A stretch of DNA of 64,000 bases. It comes from Candidatus Aenigmatarchaeota archaeon (lineage in GTDB: Archaea > Aenigmatarchaeota > Aenigmatarchaeia > QMZP01 > QMZT01). The position numbers and the translations under genes are program-made. Numbering within the stretch: position 1 is the first letter of the stretch; each line of letters starts with the position of its first letter. Shown one piece after another: positions 37,351 to 46,427 of this stretch. The notes beneath the pieces were generated by a model that had not been told where the DNA came from, did not search any database, and saw only the letters and a program-made list of their open reading frames with translations. The stretch lies in contig WVZE01000001.1 in assembly GCA_011772645.1 (NCBI GenBank), forward strand, positions 17,888-81,887. The letters run 5' to 3'.

Positions 37351-40188
37351 ATGAAATCCGATAAAGAGATCAAAAAGGAATTTCTCCCGAAGTTCTGGAA
37401 AAATCCAGATAGATACTATGCAACAGGCGTTTTGAAGGAAGAGGGATTTGTAAGAAAGATCTGCATCATCTGTAAGAAGCCGTTCTGGAACACGAACGCT
37501 GAAAGGAGGGTGTGTGGAGATCCCCTGTGCAGCGGGGAAGGTTTCGGTTTCATAGGCAAAACTCCTGCAAAGAAAGAGATGAGCTACATAGATGTGTGGT
37601 TGAAGTTCGCGAGGATGTTCAGAAAGCTTGGGTATACGCCAATCAAGAGATATCCTGTTGTTGCGAGATGGAACCCAACGATGGAATACACGAACGCCTC
37701 GATCTCTGCCTTCCAACCATACGTGATTTCAGGGGAAGTGGAACCGCCAGCAAACCCTCTCGTTATCCCCCAGTTCTGTCTAAGGTTTAATGATATCGAC
37801 AATGTTGGCGTCACTCAATCGCACAACACGGGCTTCGTGATGATAGGTCAGCATTCGTTCGTCCCTCCTGATAAATGGGACTTGGAGAGGGTTTTCAGTG
37901 ACATACATCTCTGGCTTAGGAAAGGGATTGGTCTGGAAAATTCTGACATAACGTATCACGAAGACGCATGGGCAGGAGGAGGGAATTTCGGGTCGTGCAT
38001 GGAATTCTTTTCAAAAGGCTGCGAACTTGGAAACCAGGTTTACATGCTTTACGAACAAAGACCTTCGGGTATAAAGGAACTGGGAATAAAGGTTCTGGAT
38101 ATGGGCATGGGGCAGGAAAGAAATGCATGGTTCACCCAGGGGTGTGAGACGATATACGATGCGACATTCCCGACTGTAGTCAAAAAACTCCTTTCAAAAA
38201 CGGGTTTGAAAATTGACAGTGACATTATGAGGAGATATATCCCATATGCAGGACTTCTCAATCTTGACGAGACAGAGGACGTCGAAAAATCTTGGAAACT
38301 CGTGGCGAAAAGGGTCGGGATTGATGTCAAGGATTTGAAGGATTTTATGGTTCCGTTATCCGGTATGTATTCCGTCGCGGAGCATGCAAGAAGTCTATTG
38401 GTGGCCCTGGCGGACGGTGGTTTACCTAGCAACGTGGGAGGGGGTTACAACCTGAGAATGCTGTTCAGGAGAGCAAAACTTTTCGTGAACAAACACGACT
38501 GGCCGGTGGATATCCCGGAAGTTTGTGAATGGCATGCACATTACCTGAAACCGATATTCCCAGAGCTCGTGAAAAATCTGGATGGCCTGAGAAACATACT
38601 TGAAGTTGAGGGGAAAAAGTATGAAAACACGAAGAAAAAGTCCGTAAGAATTGTCAAAAAAATATTGAAGGGGGAGGTGAGCGAGAAGGAGCTCTTGAAA
38701 CTTTACGACAGTCACGGAATACCGCCTGAAATAATAAGGGAGGAATTCGAAAGGAGGGGAAAGGGAATAAAAATACCTGATGATTTCTATTCAAGGGTTT
38801 CTGAGCTTCACGAAAAGAAAGAACGGGTAACGGAAACCGAGAAGGTCGAAATCCCATTTTCCGGTATCCCAGAAACAAAAATTTTGTATTACAACAACTA
38901 CAAAACACTCAGTTTCGAAGCGAGAGTTTTGGAGGTATCGGGGAACTTTGTTGTCCTCGATCAGACCGGGTTCTACCCAACCTCTGGCGGTCAGCTGCAT
39001 GATTTAGGAAGTATAAACAGGGAAAGGGTTCTGGATGTTTTTAAGCAGGGGGGGATGATCGTACATAAAATGAAGAAGGGACACGGCATGAAAAGGGGAA
39101 TGAAGGTTAAAGGGGAGATCGATTGGCTGAGAAGATTGAAACTCTCTCAACAGCACACGGCAACACATATAGTAAACGCCGCTGCCAGAAAGGTTTTAGG
39201 GAAACATATAAATCAGGCAGGAGCGAAGAAGACTGAAGAACGTTCTCACCTGGATATAACTCACTATCAACCCGTTAACGTCAGGGAGCTGAAGGAGATA
39301 GAGAACGCGGCGAATAAAATCGTGGGAAGGGGGATAAAGATTGAGAATATGCTGATACCAAGAAACGTCGCCGAGAAGAGGTTCGGAATGAGAATCTATC
39401 AGGGCGGGGCAGTCCCCGGAAGGATGATAAGGGTGGTTAACATTCCTAGAGTGGATGTGGAAGCGTGCGGAGGGACTCACTTGAACAACACGAAAGAGGT
39501 TGGTAAGATAAAGTTAATAAAAACGAGCAAAATTCAGGATGGTGTTGTGAGAATTGAGTTTACAGCGGGGGAGGAGGTGGAAAGAATTTCAGGGGAGGAG
39601 AATGAAATTTTTGAAATTGTCTTAAAGAACCTGAATGAATTGGTGGAACTTGATGGAAAAATTACCGACATCTCCAAACAGCTAAGGGAGTGTTCGGAAT
39701 TCTTCTCTGTCCCCCTTAAACAGATAGGGAAGACTGTTGAAAAGTTCGTGAAAGAAGCATTGGAGGACAGCAAAATTTTGAAGATGAGTCTGGCTAAAAA
39801 GAGGGTGAAAACACTGAAAAAGGCGTGCGAAACCGTTTTTAAAATATGGAAATCCCAGAAAAAGGAACTGGAAAATATGAGGATAAAAAGGGCTGGTTCT
39901 GAAATAAGAAAACTCCTGAATAAAGCGAAAAGGGAAAGGATATTCGAGATCGTGGATATGAGCAGAAAGGAGATGATAAAGACCGCTGATCTGATAGTTT
40001 CATCCCACCCGAAATTAACGGTTATCCTGATCAACAAAAACGGGGATGTTGTGGGGATGAGTAAAACTAAGGACATAACCAAGGAGCTAAGAAAATTCTG
40101 CAGAAAATACGGGGGTTCCGGAGGCGGGAAGGGTTCTCTTGCCCAAGGAAAAATCAACCTCTCAAAATTAAAAAGAGGTAAGAAATAA
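37351..40188 (+). CDS. alaS: Alanine--tRNA ligase
   Basis: 945 aa. The editing-domain motifs 'HTATH' and 'CGGTH' are present, with a DHHA1-like C-terminus ('GGSGGGKGSLAQG'). Confidence 0.95.
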   Translation: MKSDKEIKKEFLPKFWKNPDRYYATGVLKEEGFVRKICIICKKPFWNTNAERRVCGDPLCSGEGFGFIGKTPAKKEMSYIDVWLKFARMFRKLGYTPIKRYPVVARWNPTMEYTNASISAFQPYVISGEVEPPANPLVIPQFCLRFNDIDNVGVTQSHNTGFVMIGQHSFVPPDKWDLERVFSDIHLWLRKGIGLENSDITYHEDAWAGGGNFGSCMEFFSKGCELGNQVYMLYEQRPSGIKELGIKVLDMGMGQERNAWFTQGCETIYDATFPTVVKKLLSKTGLKIDSDIMRRYIPYAGLLNLDETEDVEKSWKLVAKRVGIDVKDLKDFMVPLSGMYSVAEHARSLLVALADGGLPSNVGGGYNLRMLFRRAKLFVNKHDWPVDIPEVCEWHAHYLKPIFPELVKNLDGLRNILEVEGKKYENTKKKSVRIVKKILKGEVSEKELLKLYDSHGIPPEIIREEFERRGKGIKIPDDFYSRVSELHEKKERVTETEKVEIPFSGIPETKILYYNNYKTLSFEARVLEVSGNFVVLDQTGFYPTSGGQLHDLGSINRERVLDVFKQGGMIVHKMKKGHGMKRGMKVKGEIDWLRRLKLSQQHTATHIVNAAARKVLGKHINQAGAKKTEERSHLDITHYQPVNVRELKEIENAANKIVGRGIKIENMLIPRNVAEKRFGMRIYQGGAVPGRMIRVVNIPRVDVEACGGTHLNNTKEVGKIKLIKTSKIQDGVVRIEFTAGEEVERISGEENEIFEIVLKNLNELVELDGKITDISKQLRECSEFFSVPLKQIGKTVEKFVKEALEDSKILKMSLAKKRVKTLKKACETVFKIWKSQKKELENMRIKRAGSEIRKLLNKAKRERIFEIVDMSRKEMIKTADLIVSSHPKLTVILINKNGDVVGMSKTKDITKELRKFCRKYGGSGGGKGSLAQGKINLSKLKRGKK

Positions 40189-40199
40189 GGGTTTAAGAT

Positions 40200-40637
40200 T
40201 TATCCGCAAGGTATTGAAACCACTGTCGCTCCCGTTCCTCCTGTGATGAACCTGTACGTGCACACTGTTGGTCCTGCTGTCGTGCATATATCTCTGAAAG
40301 TCAATGTTGCCTGCGTTCCAAGGTTTCCACTGGAAGGATTTATGCTCGCACCATTGAACGTACCACCATCCGTTCTTGTTATTGTCAGTGCTCCGCACGT
40401 GGCTGATGTACCGCTGAAGGAACATGCAGCAGATCCTAGTGCTATCGATTCCGTTCCCGAGTTTCTGAGTATAACGTTGGATGTGTTGGCACCCGTGCAG
40501 TAGGAGTCAACCAAGGAGATGGATTTGGTGTAGGTGATCAAGAACCCCGAAAGGTATGTCCATGCAGTTGCTGCCAAGCCTATCGTTATCAGCAGTAAGA
40601 TTATTATGGCGATTATTGGGGTTATGCCCTTTCTCAT
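40200..40637 (-). CDS. Archaeal type IV pilin-like protein (class III signal peptide)
   Basis: The N-terminus 'MRKGITPIIAIIILLLITIGLAATAW' is followed by a Ser/Thr/Gly-rich beta region with Cys pairs. Confidence 0.7.
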   Translation of the reverse strand: MRKGITPIIAIIILLLITIGLAATAWTYLSGFLITYTKSISLVDSYCTGANTSNVILRNSGTESIALGSAACSFSGTSATCGALTITRTDGGTFNGASINPSSGNLGTQATLTFRDICTTAGPTVCTYRFITGGTGATVVSIPCG

Positions 40638-40668
40638 TCACTCAACCTCCTTTCATATATTTTTATCA

Positions 40669-41175
40669 TCAATACTCTGTACCCGTCCTTCTTGAGTATC
40701 CCGTGTATCCACTTGATGTGGCTGATCTGGTGGGTGTGGCCTGTGTGTAAAGTCTCTTGAGCCTCTTTTCGATTATGCCTAACGTGGTGAGAGCAGCCTG
40801 ATTGGTTTCAAAATTCTTCTTGTTCTGCTCTATCAGTTCTGTCATCTTGTCCACCAGAGGAGCCATAACCTCTTTCGAGACAGCCGTTACCTCTTCTTCC
40901 TCAGCAGATGTTTTCAGCAGTTTCATGAACTCCCTCATCTCGATTATCAGATCTTCCACCTTCTTCGGAACCTTTGAGATTTCTCCTATTAGGTCTGTAT
41001 TCGCCTTTATGCTGTCGTCTATTATTCTCTGGTTCGATTTGATGAGTTCTATAACCTGCTCTATGAGTTTTCGGATTTGAGAAGAGTAGCTTCCTGATTC
41101 AACTTGTTCAATTCTTTTTTCCAATCTTCGGATGGGTGATGTTGGTATTACCTCGTATTCGTCTTCCGGGCTCAT
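40669..41175 (-). CDS. Hypothetical coiled-coil protein
   Basis: 168 aa with heptad-like charged repeats ('RRLEKRIEQVE', 'KLIEQVIELIKSNQRIID') and a Ser/Thr/Tyr/Gly-rich tail. I recognise no family. It lies immediately upstream of the pilin gene on the same strand. Confidence 0.4.
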   Translation of the reverse strand: MSPEDEYEVIPTSPIRRLEKRIEQVESGSYSSQIRKLIEQVIELIKSNQRIIDDSIKANTDLIGEISKVPKKVEDLIIEMREFMKLLKTSAEEEEVTAVSKEVMAPLVDKMTELIEQNKKNFETNQAALTTLGIIEKRLKRLYTQATPTRSATSSGYTGYSRRTGTEY

Positions 41176-41223
41176 AATAATTATTTGTTCGTTACCTAAT
41201 ATAAATATTTGATACCCTAGAAT

Positions 41224-42861
41224 TCAGTATTCGGGCATTCCGCCCATGCCTCCGGGTGGCATCGGAGGTTGTTTCTCTCCGGCCCCTGCCGAGATCATGT
41301 CGTCTATCCTGAGTATCATTTCAGCGACCTCGCTCGCGCTCTTCAACGCCTGGAGTTTTATTTTCAGAGGTTCTATCACACCAAGATTCATCATGCTGTG
41401 CACGTTTCCCGTGAACACGTCCAGGCCCGTTGCTGTCCTTTTCTTGTCGTGTTCTGATCTGAGCTGAGCCAGCTTGTCTATGGGATCGAGACCTGCGTTT
41501 TCGGCCAGGCTCTTCGGGACGATCTCCATCGCCTCTGCGAATGCATTGACAGCGAGCTGTTCCCTTCCTTTGAACGATTCCGCGTATTTCCTCAGCTGTT
41601 TCGCCACTTGAATCTCGACTGCTCCACCGCCCGGAACTATCTTTCCGAGTTCCAAAGCAGCGGCAACTCCTTTGATCGCGTCTTCCATCGCTCTCTCCAC
41701 CTCATCAACCACGTGCTCGCTTCCCCCGCGGATGAGGATCGTCACAGCTTTCGGATCTTTACACCTCTCAACGAATATCATCTCGTCTCCGGAGATTTTC
41801 TTTTCCTGCACGACCCCGGCGTATCCCAGGTCGTTCCTTGAAAGTTCCTTCACGCTCGTGACTATCTTTGCTCCGGTTGCCCTTGTGAGCTTTTCCATAT
41901 CGGATTTTTTCACCCTCCTCGCTGCAAGTATGTTCGCCTTGGCCAGGTAATGCTGAGCGACATCATCTATCCCCTTCTGGCAGAAGACAACGCCCGCCCC
42001 TGACTTTATAACCTTATTGACCATGTCCTTGAGGCTCTTTTCCTCCTCGTTGAGGAAGGCCTGGAGTTTTTCAGGGGAATCTATGCTTATCTTGGCATCT
42101 CCCTCCAGTTCCTTGACCTCCAGAGCGGAATCAAGCAGAGCGACCTTAACCTTCTCGAGTTTCTTCGGCATCCCGGAATGAACAACTTCCTTGTCAAGAA
42201 CTATTCCTTCAATGAGTTCTGTATCGCTCATGGATCCCCCCTGTTTCTTTTCGATCTTTATGTTTTCCGTGTCCATCTCGTTCGTTTTCCTGTCGGCTAT
42301 CCTCGTGACCGCTCTGACGGCAAGGTCTGTCAGCTTTTCCGAGGCACGTTCGGCCGACTTGCCTGTCATCGCTGTATTGGCGATTCTTTTCAGACTTTTC
42401 TCATCCTTTATCGCAACTTCATACGAAAGCTTTTCAAGTATCTCCAGCGCCCTGAGCTTCGCGAGCCTGAAACCCTTTGTTATAACGGTGGGGTGGATCT
42501 GTTTTTCCAGCAGCTTTTCTGCCTCCTTAAGAAGTTCTCCTGCTATTATGACTGCCGTTGTTGTCCCATCACCAACGGCTTCATCCTGTGTTTTAGCGAC
42601 TTCTGCCATCATTTTTGCCGCGGGGTGTTCTATCTGCATCTCGTTTAAAATGGTCGCTCCGTCGTTCGTTATCGTCACGTCTCCCAAAGAGTCCACCAAC
42701 ATCTTGTCCATTCCCTTGGGACCCAACGTTGTTCGGACAGCGTCAGCCACGAGTTTAGCAGCTGCTATGTTGTTCTTCTGCGCTTCCTTTCCCTTTGTTC
42801 TAAGGGTTCCTTCCGGGAGTATAAATACGGGCTGAACCTGTTGACCGCCCATTCCATTCAT
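41224..42861 (-). CDS. ths: Thermosome subunit (group II chaperonin)
   Basis: '[12 protein letters not shown]', 'ITNDGATIL', 'VGDGTTTAV' and the C-terminal 'GGMGGMP' tail identify it. Confidence 0.95.
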   Translation of the reverse strand: MNGMGGQQVQPVFILPEGTLRTKGKEAQKNNIAAAKLVADAVRTTLGPKGMDKMLVDSLGDVTITNDGATILNEMQIEHPAAKMMAEVAKTQDEAVGDGTTTAVIIAGELLKEAEKLLEKQIHPTVITKGFRLAKLRALEILEKLSYEVAIKDEKSLKRIANTAMTGKSAERASEKLTDLAVRAVTRIADRKTNEMDTENIKIEKKQGGSMSDTELIEGIVLDKEVVHSGMPKKLEKVKVALLDSALEVKELEGDAKISIDSPEKLQAFLNEEEKSLKDMVNKVIKSGAGVVFCQKGIDDVAQHYLAKANILAARRVKKSDMEKLTRATGAKIVTSVKELSRNDLGYAGVVQEKKISGDEMIFVERCKDPKAVTILIRGGSEHVVDEVERAMEDAIKGVAAALELGKIVPGGGAVEIQVAKQLRKYAESFKGREQLAVNAFAEAMEIVPKSLAENAGLDPIDKLAQLRSEHDKKRTATGLDVFTGNVHSMMNLGVIEPLKIKLQALKSASEVAEMILRIDDMISAGAGEKQPPMPPGGMGGMPEY

Positions 42862-43005
42862 AACATCACCTCTCTACCTATCGATTCAATGATAAGGATA
42901 GAATTATATATATGGAAAGGTTATTTAAATGTTTCCCCAGGCAATTAATTTAAAACAGAGCAAAATAACATGTAACGACTCGAATTTGCATTCCGAGTCT
43001 TCCAT

Positions 43006-43172
43006 GGGCTCGTAGCTCAGCCTGGTTAGAGCGTCGGTCTTATATGTCCGACAGGCGTGATGTCTGTTAAGCTTTGGCCAAGAGAGCCGGAGGTCTGGGG
43101 TTCGAATCTGGAAACCACCAGCGGGTTTCCAGCCATCCTGCCACCAATGTTTCGGAAATCCCCACGAGCCCA
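43006..43172 (+). tRNA. tRNA-Ile (anticodon UAU) with two introns: 40 nt in the anticodon loop (37/38) and 52 nt in the T-loop (near 59/60)
   Basis: The exons read GGGCTCG TA GCTC AGCCTGGTTA GAGC G TCGGT CTTATA [43045..43084] A GCCGG AGGTC TGGGG TTCGAAT [43108..43159] CCCCA CGAGCCC A. The acceptor, D and T stems are perfect. The anticodon stem has two terminal G-U pairs. The body closely resembles archaeal tRNA-Ile. The exact splice junctions are ambiguous by 1 nt. Confidence 0.75.
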
Positions 43173-43206
43173 CTCATTTTAAAAACAAAGATCAAAATAA
43201 ACTCTT

Positions 43207-44457
43207 ATGAAGATATTCTCTGACCTTCACATCCACTCAAGGTTCTCCAGAGCGACCAGTAAGGAACTGAACATAGAAAATCTCGTGAAATACGCAAAAA
43301 TGAAAGGTTTGAATCTTCTTGGTACGGGAGATTTCACGCATTCTCTCTGGCTGAAAGAGTTAAAGGAGGATCTCAGGGAAGACGGTTCCGGGATTCTTAA
43401 AAGCAAGGGGGGTTTTAGCTTCCTGCTCTCGGCAGAGGTTTCAAACATCTATACCCAGGACAACAGGCAAAGGAGAATCCACAACGTAATTCTCGCCAAG
43501 GATTTCGAAACGGTTGAGCAGATAAATGATTGGTTATCCAAGAAGGGGAGGCTTGATTACGACGGCAGGCCTATATTCGGTTTCACATGCACAGAACTCG
43601 TAGAGAACATCGTGGGTATATCAAAGGATTGTATGATAATACCAGCCCATATCTGGACACCCTGGTTTTCGCTGTTCGGTTCGAAATCCGGATTTGATCG
43701 CATTGAGGAGTGTTTTCAGGATCAAACCAAAAACATATTCGCCCTGGAAACCGGGCTGTCCTCTGACCCTGAGATGAACTGGAGGCTGTCCTCCCTGGAC
43801 AGGTATGCTCTGGTTTCATTTTCCGATCTTCATTCGTTCTGGCCATGGAGAATCGGAAGGGAAGCCACGGTTTTTGAGATGAAGGAACTGACATATGATA
43901 ATTTGGTAAAAAGCATAAGGACGAAAGAGGGTTTGGTGGAGACAATCGAAGTCGATCCTTCCTACGGTAAATATCATCACGACGGACACAGAGGTTGTGG
44001 GGTTTCGCTGAGTCCTGAAGAGGCAAGGAATTCGAATAACCTCTGCCCGGTTTGTAAACGCCCGCTGACGATCGGGGTTTTACACAGGGTTGAGGAACTC
44101 GCCGACAGGGATAAAGGATTCGTTCCGAAGGATTCAAAACCCTTCCGTTCGCTGATCCCGCTGTCCGAGATCATATCGATCGTCCTTGGCTCACCGGTAA
44201 ATTCGCGGAGGGTGTGGGAGGAATACAACAAGCTTGTAAACGCCTTTGGATCCGAGTTCAACGTCCTGATGGAGGCGGGCAGAGAGCAGTTGATTAACAT
44301 CTCGAATGAAAGAATGGTTGATCTGATCTTGAATGCAAGATCCAGGAACATAAGAATAAATGCGGGTTACGATGGGGTTTACGGAGAACTCGTCATGAAG
44401 GAAGACGAAACCGAGGGGTTGGAAAAACCCCAGAAAACCCTGAAAGACTTCAGTTAG
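43207..44457 (+). CDS. endoQ: Endonuclease Q (PHP-like N-terminal domain plus zinc finger; cleaves 5' of deaminated bases)
   Basis: 'DLHIHSRFSRATSK...GLNLLGTGDFTH', 'IPAHIWTPW', 'GLSSDPEM', 'SFSDLHS', 'GKYHHDGHRGC' and 'CPVCKRPLTIGVLHRVEELAD' are collinear with Pyrococcus EndoQ, as I recall that sequence. Confidence 0.75.
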   Translation: MKIFSDLHIHSRFSRATSKELNIENLVKYAKMKGLNLLGTGDFTHSLWLKELKEDLREDGSGILKSKGGFSFLLSAEVSNIYTQDNRQRRIHNVILAKDFETVEQINDWLSKKGRLDYDGRPIFGFTCTELVENIVGISKDCMIIPAHIWTPWFSLFGSKSGFDRIEECFQDQTKNIFALETGLSSDPEMNWRLSSLDRYALVSFSDLHSFWPWRIGREATVFEMKELTYDNLVKSIRTKEGLVETIEVDPSYGKYHHDGHRGCGVSLSPEEARNSNNLCPVCKRPLTIGVLHRVEELADRDKGFVPKDSKPFRSLIPLSEIISIVLGSPVNSRRVWEEYNKLVNAFGSEFNVLMEAGREQLINISNERMVDLILNARSRNIRINAGYDGVYGELVMKEDETEGLEKPQKTLKDFS

Positions 44458-45392
44458 AACCCTGTCACCGTCAGGGAGGTCGCCGCATCTGTAAAGTATT
44501 CGTATGTCGCCCTTATCTTTAAGGTTTTTTTCAGTATGTTGATTCCTGTCCATTTATCGCCTTCGGAAAACAGTGAAATCTCCCCGTCGCAAACCACAGT
44601 TCTCGACCGGCCTTCCCATAAATCAACTTCGTCGTACATCCCCACTTCGCAGTCCTTCAGGTTCATTCCGGATTCTGGGTCTGTCTCCAGAAAGACCTTG
44701 TTCCAGTTTACCGAATCATCACAGGTTGGATAGCAGGCAACTCCTCCCCCGGCGTTTTCGATGGATATGGATATCGGAAACTCTACTTTGTTTGTGTCTT
44801 CGATGTATCTGACAGGGCTCCTCATCTGTATGCTGAGTTTGACCGGCCCTGCCGTGAGGCTGGTGGTTTCACTCGGAAGCGATCTCCCCTGCGCCTGTAT
44901 CGATCTCAATTCGCTCTCTGATATTATCGTAACGGATTTTACTATGTTGCTCTCGTAATCATAATACACCCTCAGGCTGGGGTTGAACGTTATTTTCGAG
45001 TTTCTCGGTATATCCTCGGGTGCGGAACATTTCCATATGCAGGTCTTTGATTCCCCTGTTGTTCCCGCCCGGGGGTCAGGAGCGAGAAACCTTTCTATCA
45101 CTTCCGAGCATTCTGTTTTGCAGGAGATTTCAAGTCCTCTGTTTTCATAGGTGGCTCCTATGTTGGAAAGCTCGAACCTAACATTCCCTGCATCAACAGA
45201 GCCGGTGTTTCTTATCATCAGCTGAAGGTTAAAGGGCTCCCCGGAATACATTTCAGAGGGATTCGATACAAAGCTCTCTATAACTATCCCGTTTCCGGAA
45301 GTTGTTTGCTGTCCCACACAGCCTGATAACAAAACTAAACAAAAAACGAGCAAAGTTAACTGGGCCGGTTTCGTCATAATTTTATATTGCAT
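44454..45392 (-). CDS. Secreted lipobox-type surface protein, paralogue 1 of 4 (two beta-sandwich-like halves)
   Basis: The signal and lipobox are 'LLVFCLVLLSGC'. It shares family motifs with the next three genes: 'GIVIESF', 'IRNTGSVDA', 'LAPDP', 'RVYYDYES', 'ENAGGG' and the C-terminal 'ATYEYFTDAATSLTV'. Confidence 0.6.
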   Translation of the reverse strand: MQYKIMTKPAQLTLLVFCLVLLSGCVGQQTTSGNGIVIESFVSNPSEMYSGEPFNLQLMIRNTGSVDAGNVRFELSNIGATYENRGLEISCKTECSEVIERFLAPDPRAGTTGESKTCIWKCSAPEDIPRNSKITFNPSLRVYYDYESNIVKSVTIISESELRSIQAQGRSLPSETTSLTAGPVKLSIQMRSPVRYIEDTNKVEFPISISIENAGGGVACYPTCDDSVNWNKVFLETDPESGMNLKDCEVGMYDEVDLWEGRSRTVVCDGEISLFSEGDKWTGINILKKTLKIRATYEYFTDAATSLTVTGF

Positions 45393-45407
45393 ACGAGGCT
45401 TTTATCC

Positions 45408-46385
45408 TTATCCGCTCGGCAGAACCCTTATCTGAATGGTTTTATCTATGAAGTAACCATATTCCGCTGTCAGCCTTATGTTCTTCTGGGTCAGCCTTTC
45501 AGGAATCTCGTGGACCTGAATCTTGCAGGAGATAGTCTGGGACTTGCCCATTATCAGCAAGATCTCTTCCGTTTCTTCGCAGCTGCCCTCCTCGAAGTTC
45601 ATTCCTTCGGGCAACTCTATGTATAATCTGAACTGGTTCCACATGGATCCACCTTCTGTGTATTTCCTGCAGCTGTCACTGTTCTCGCAGACCGTTCCCC
45701 CTCCGATGTTATCTATCTTTATGACCATCGGGAACGTCAGGGTTTGTCCGTAGGTTCTTATCGGACTCCTGGTCTCTATGTCCAAGGATACGGGAGAGTC
45801 TGATTCGCTCGTTGTTTCCACGGGCAGGCTTTTGCCCTGGTTCTGGATCACCCTCAGCTCGTCCTTGGGAACGATCGTGACCGTTTTTATGAGGAATGAT
45901 TTGTAATCATAGAAAACGCGAGCCCGCGGTCTGTAATCGGCGTAAAGGCCGGGCGGAACATCGGGGGCGACATACCCCCACGTACATATTTTATCGCTGC
46001 CCTCTATTCCTGCGGACGGGTCCGGAGGCAGCAACACGATACCTCTCTGATCGTATTGGCATTCCCTTTCGTAGGGGAAAACCTCCTGGTTTCTGGGGTT
46101 CTTCCTTGCATCGTCCCTTCCTTTCCACAGCTGATCAAGGCCAAGGAGCTCTGCATAACCGTTCTCCGCTTTCACGCTACCCGTGTTTCTGAATTTAAGA
46201 ACGAAGGTTACCTCCTCATTCGAATACACCTCGCTTAATTCGGGGTCTGTCCTGAAGCTCTCTATAACTATTCCCGATCCGACCGGCGTCTGAGAATCGA
46301 ACGGCACGCCAGGCATCACGCACCCCGAAGCTAGGATTAAAGAAAAGACCATAAAGCCCGAGCAGATAATTTTTTGGCTACTCAT
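45408..46385 (-). CDS. Secreted lipobox-type surface protein, paralogue 2 of 4
   Basis: The signal and lipobox are 'FSLILASGCVMPG'. Family motifs are 'GIVIESF', 'FRNTGSVKA', 'LPPDP', 'RVFYDYKS', 'DNIGGG' and 'AEYGYFIDKTIQIRV'. Confidence 0.6.
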   Translation of the reverse strand: MSSQKIICSGFMVFSLILASGCVMPGVPFDSQTPVGSGIVIESFRTDPELSEVYSNEEVTFVLKFRNTGSVKAENGYAELLGLDQLWKGRDDARKNPRNQEVFPYERECQYDQRGIVLLPPDPSAGIEGSDKICTWGYVAPDVPPGLYADYRPRARVFYDYKSFLIKTVTIVPKDELRVIQNQGKSLPVETTSESDSPVSLDIETRSPIRTYGQTLTFPMVIKIDNIGGGTVCENSDSCRKYTEGGSMWNQFRLYIELPEGMNFEEGSCEETEEILLIMGKSQTISCKIQVHEIPERLTQKNIRLTAEYGYFIDKTIQIRVLPSG

Positions 46386-46419
46386 AATTATATAATTGTC
46401 GAAAAATAAATAAAAAGAG

Positions 46420-46427
46420 GTTTAAAC
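46420..46427. promoter_or_regulatory. GTTTAAAC TATA/BRE-like element upstream of paralogue 2
   Basis: It lies 35-42 nt upstream of the start at 46385 and overlaps the stop codon of paralogue 3. Confidence 0.3.
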
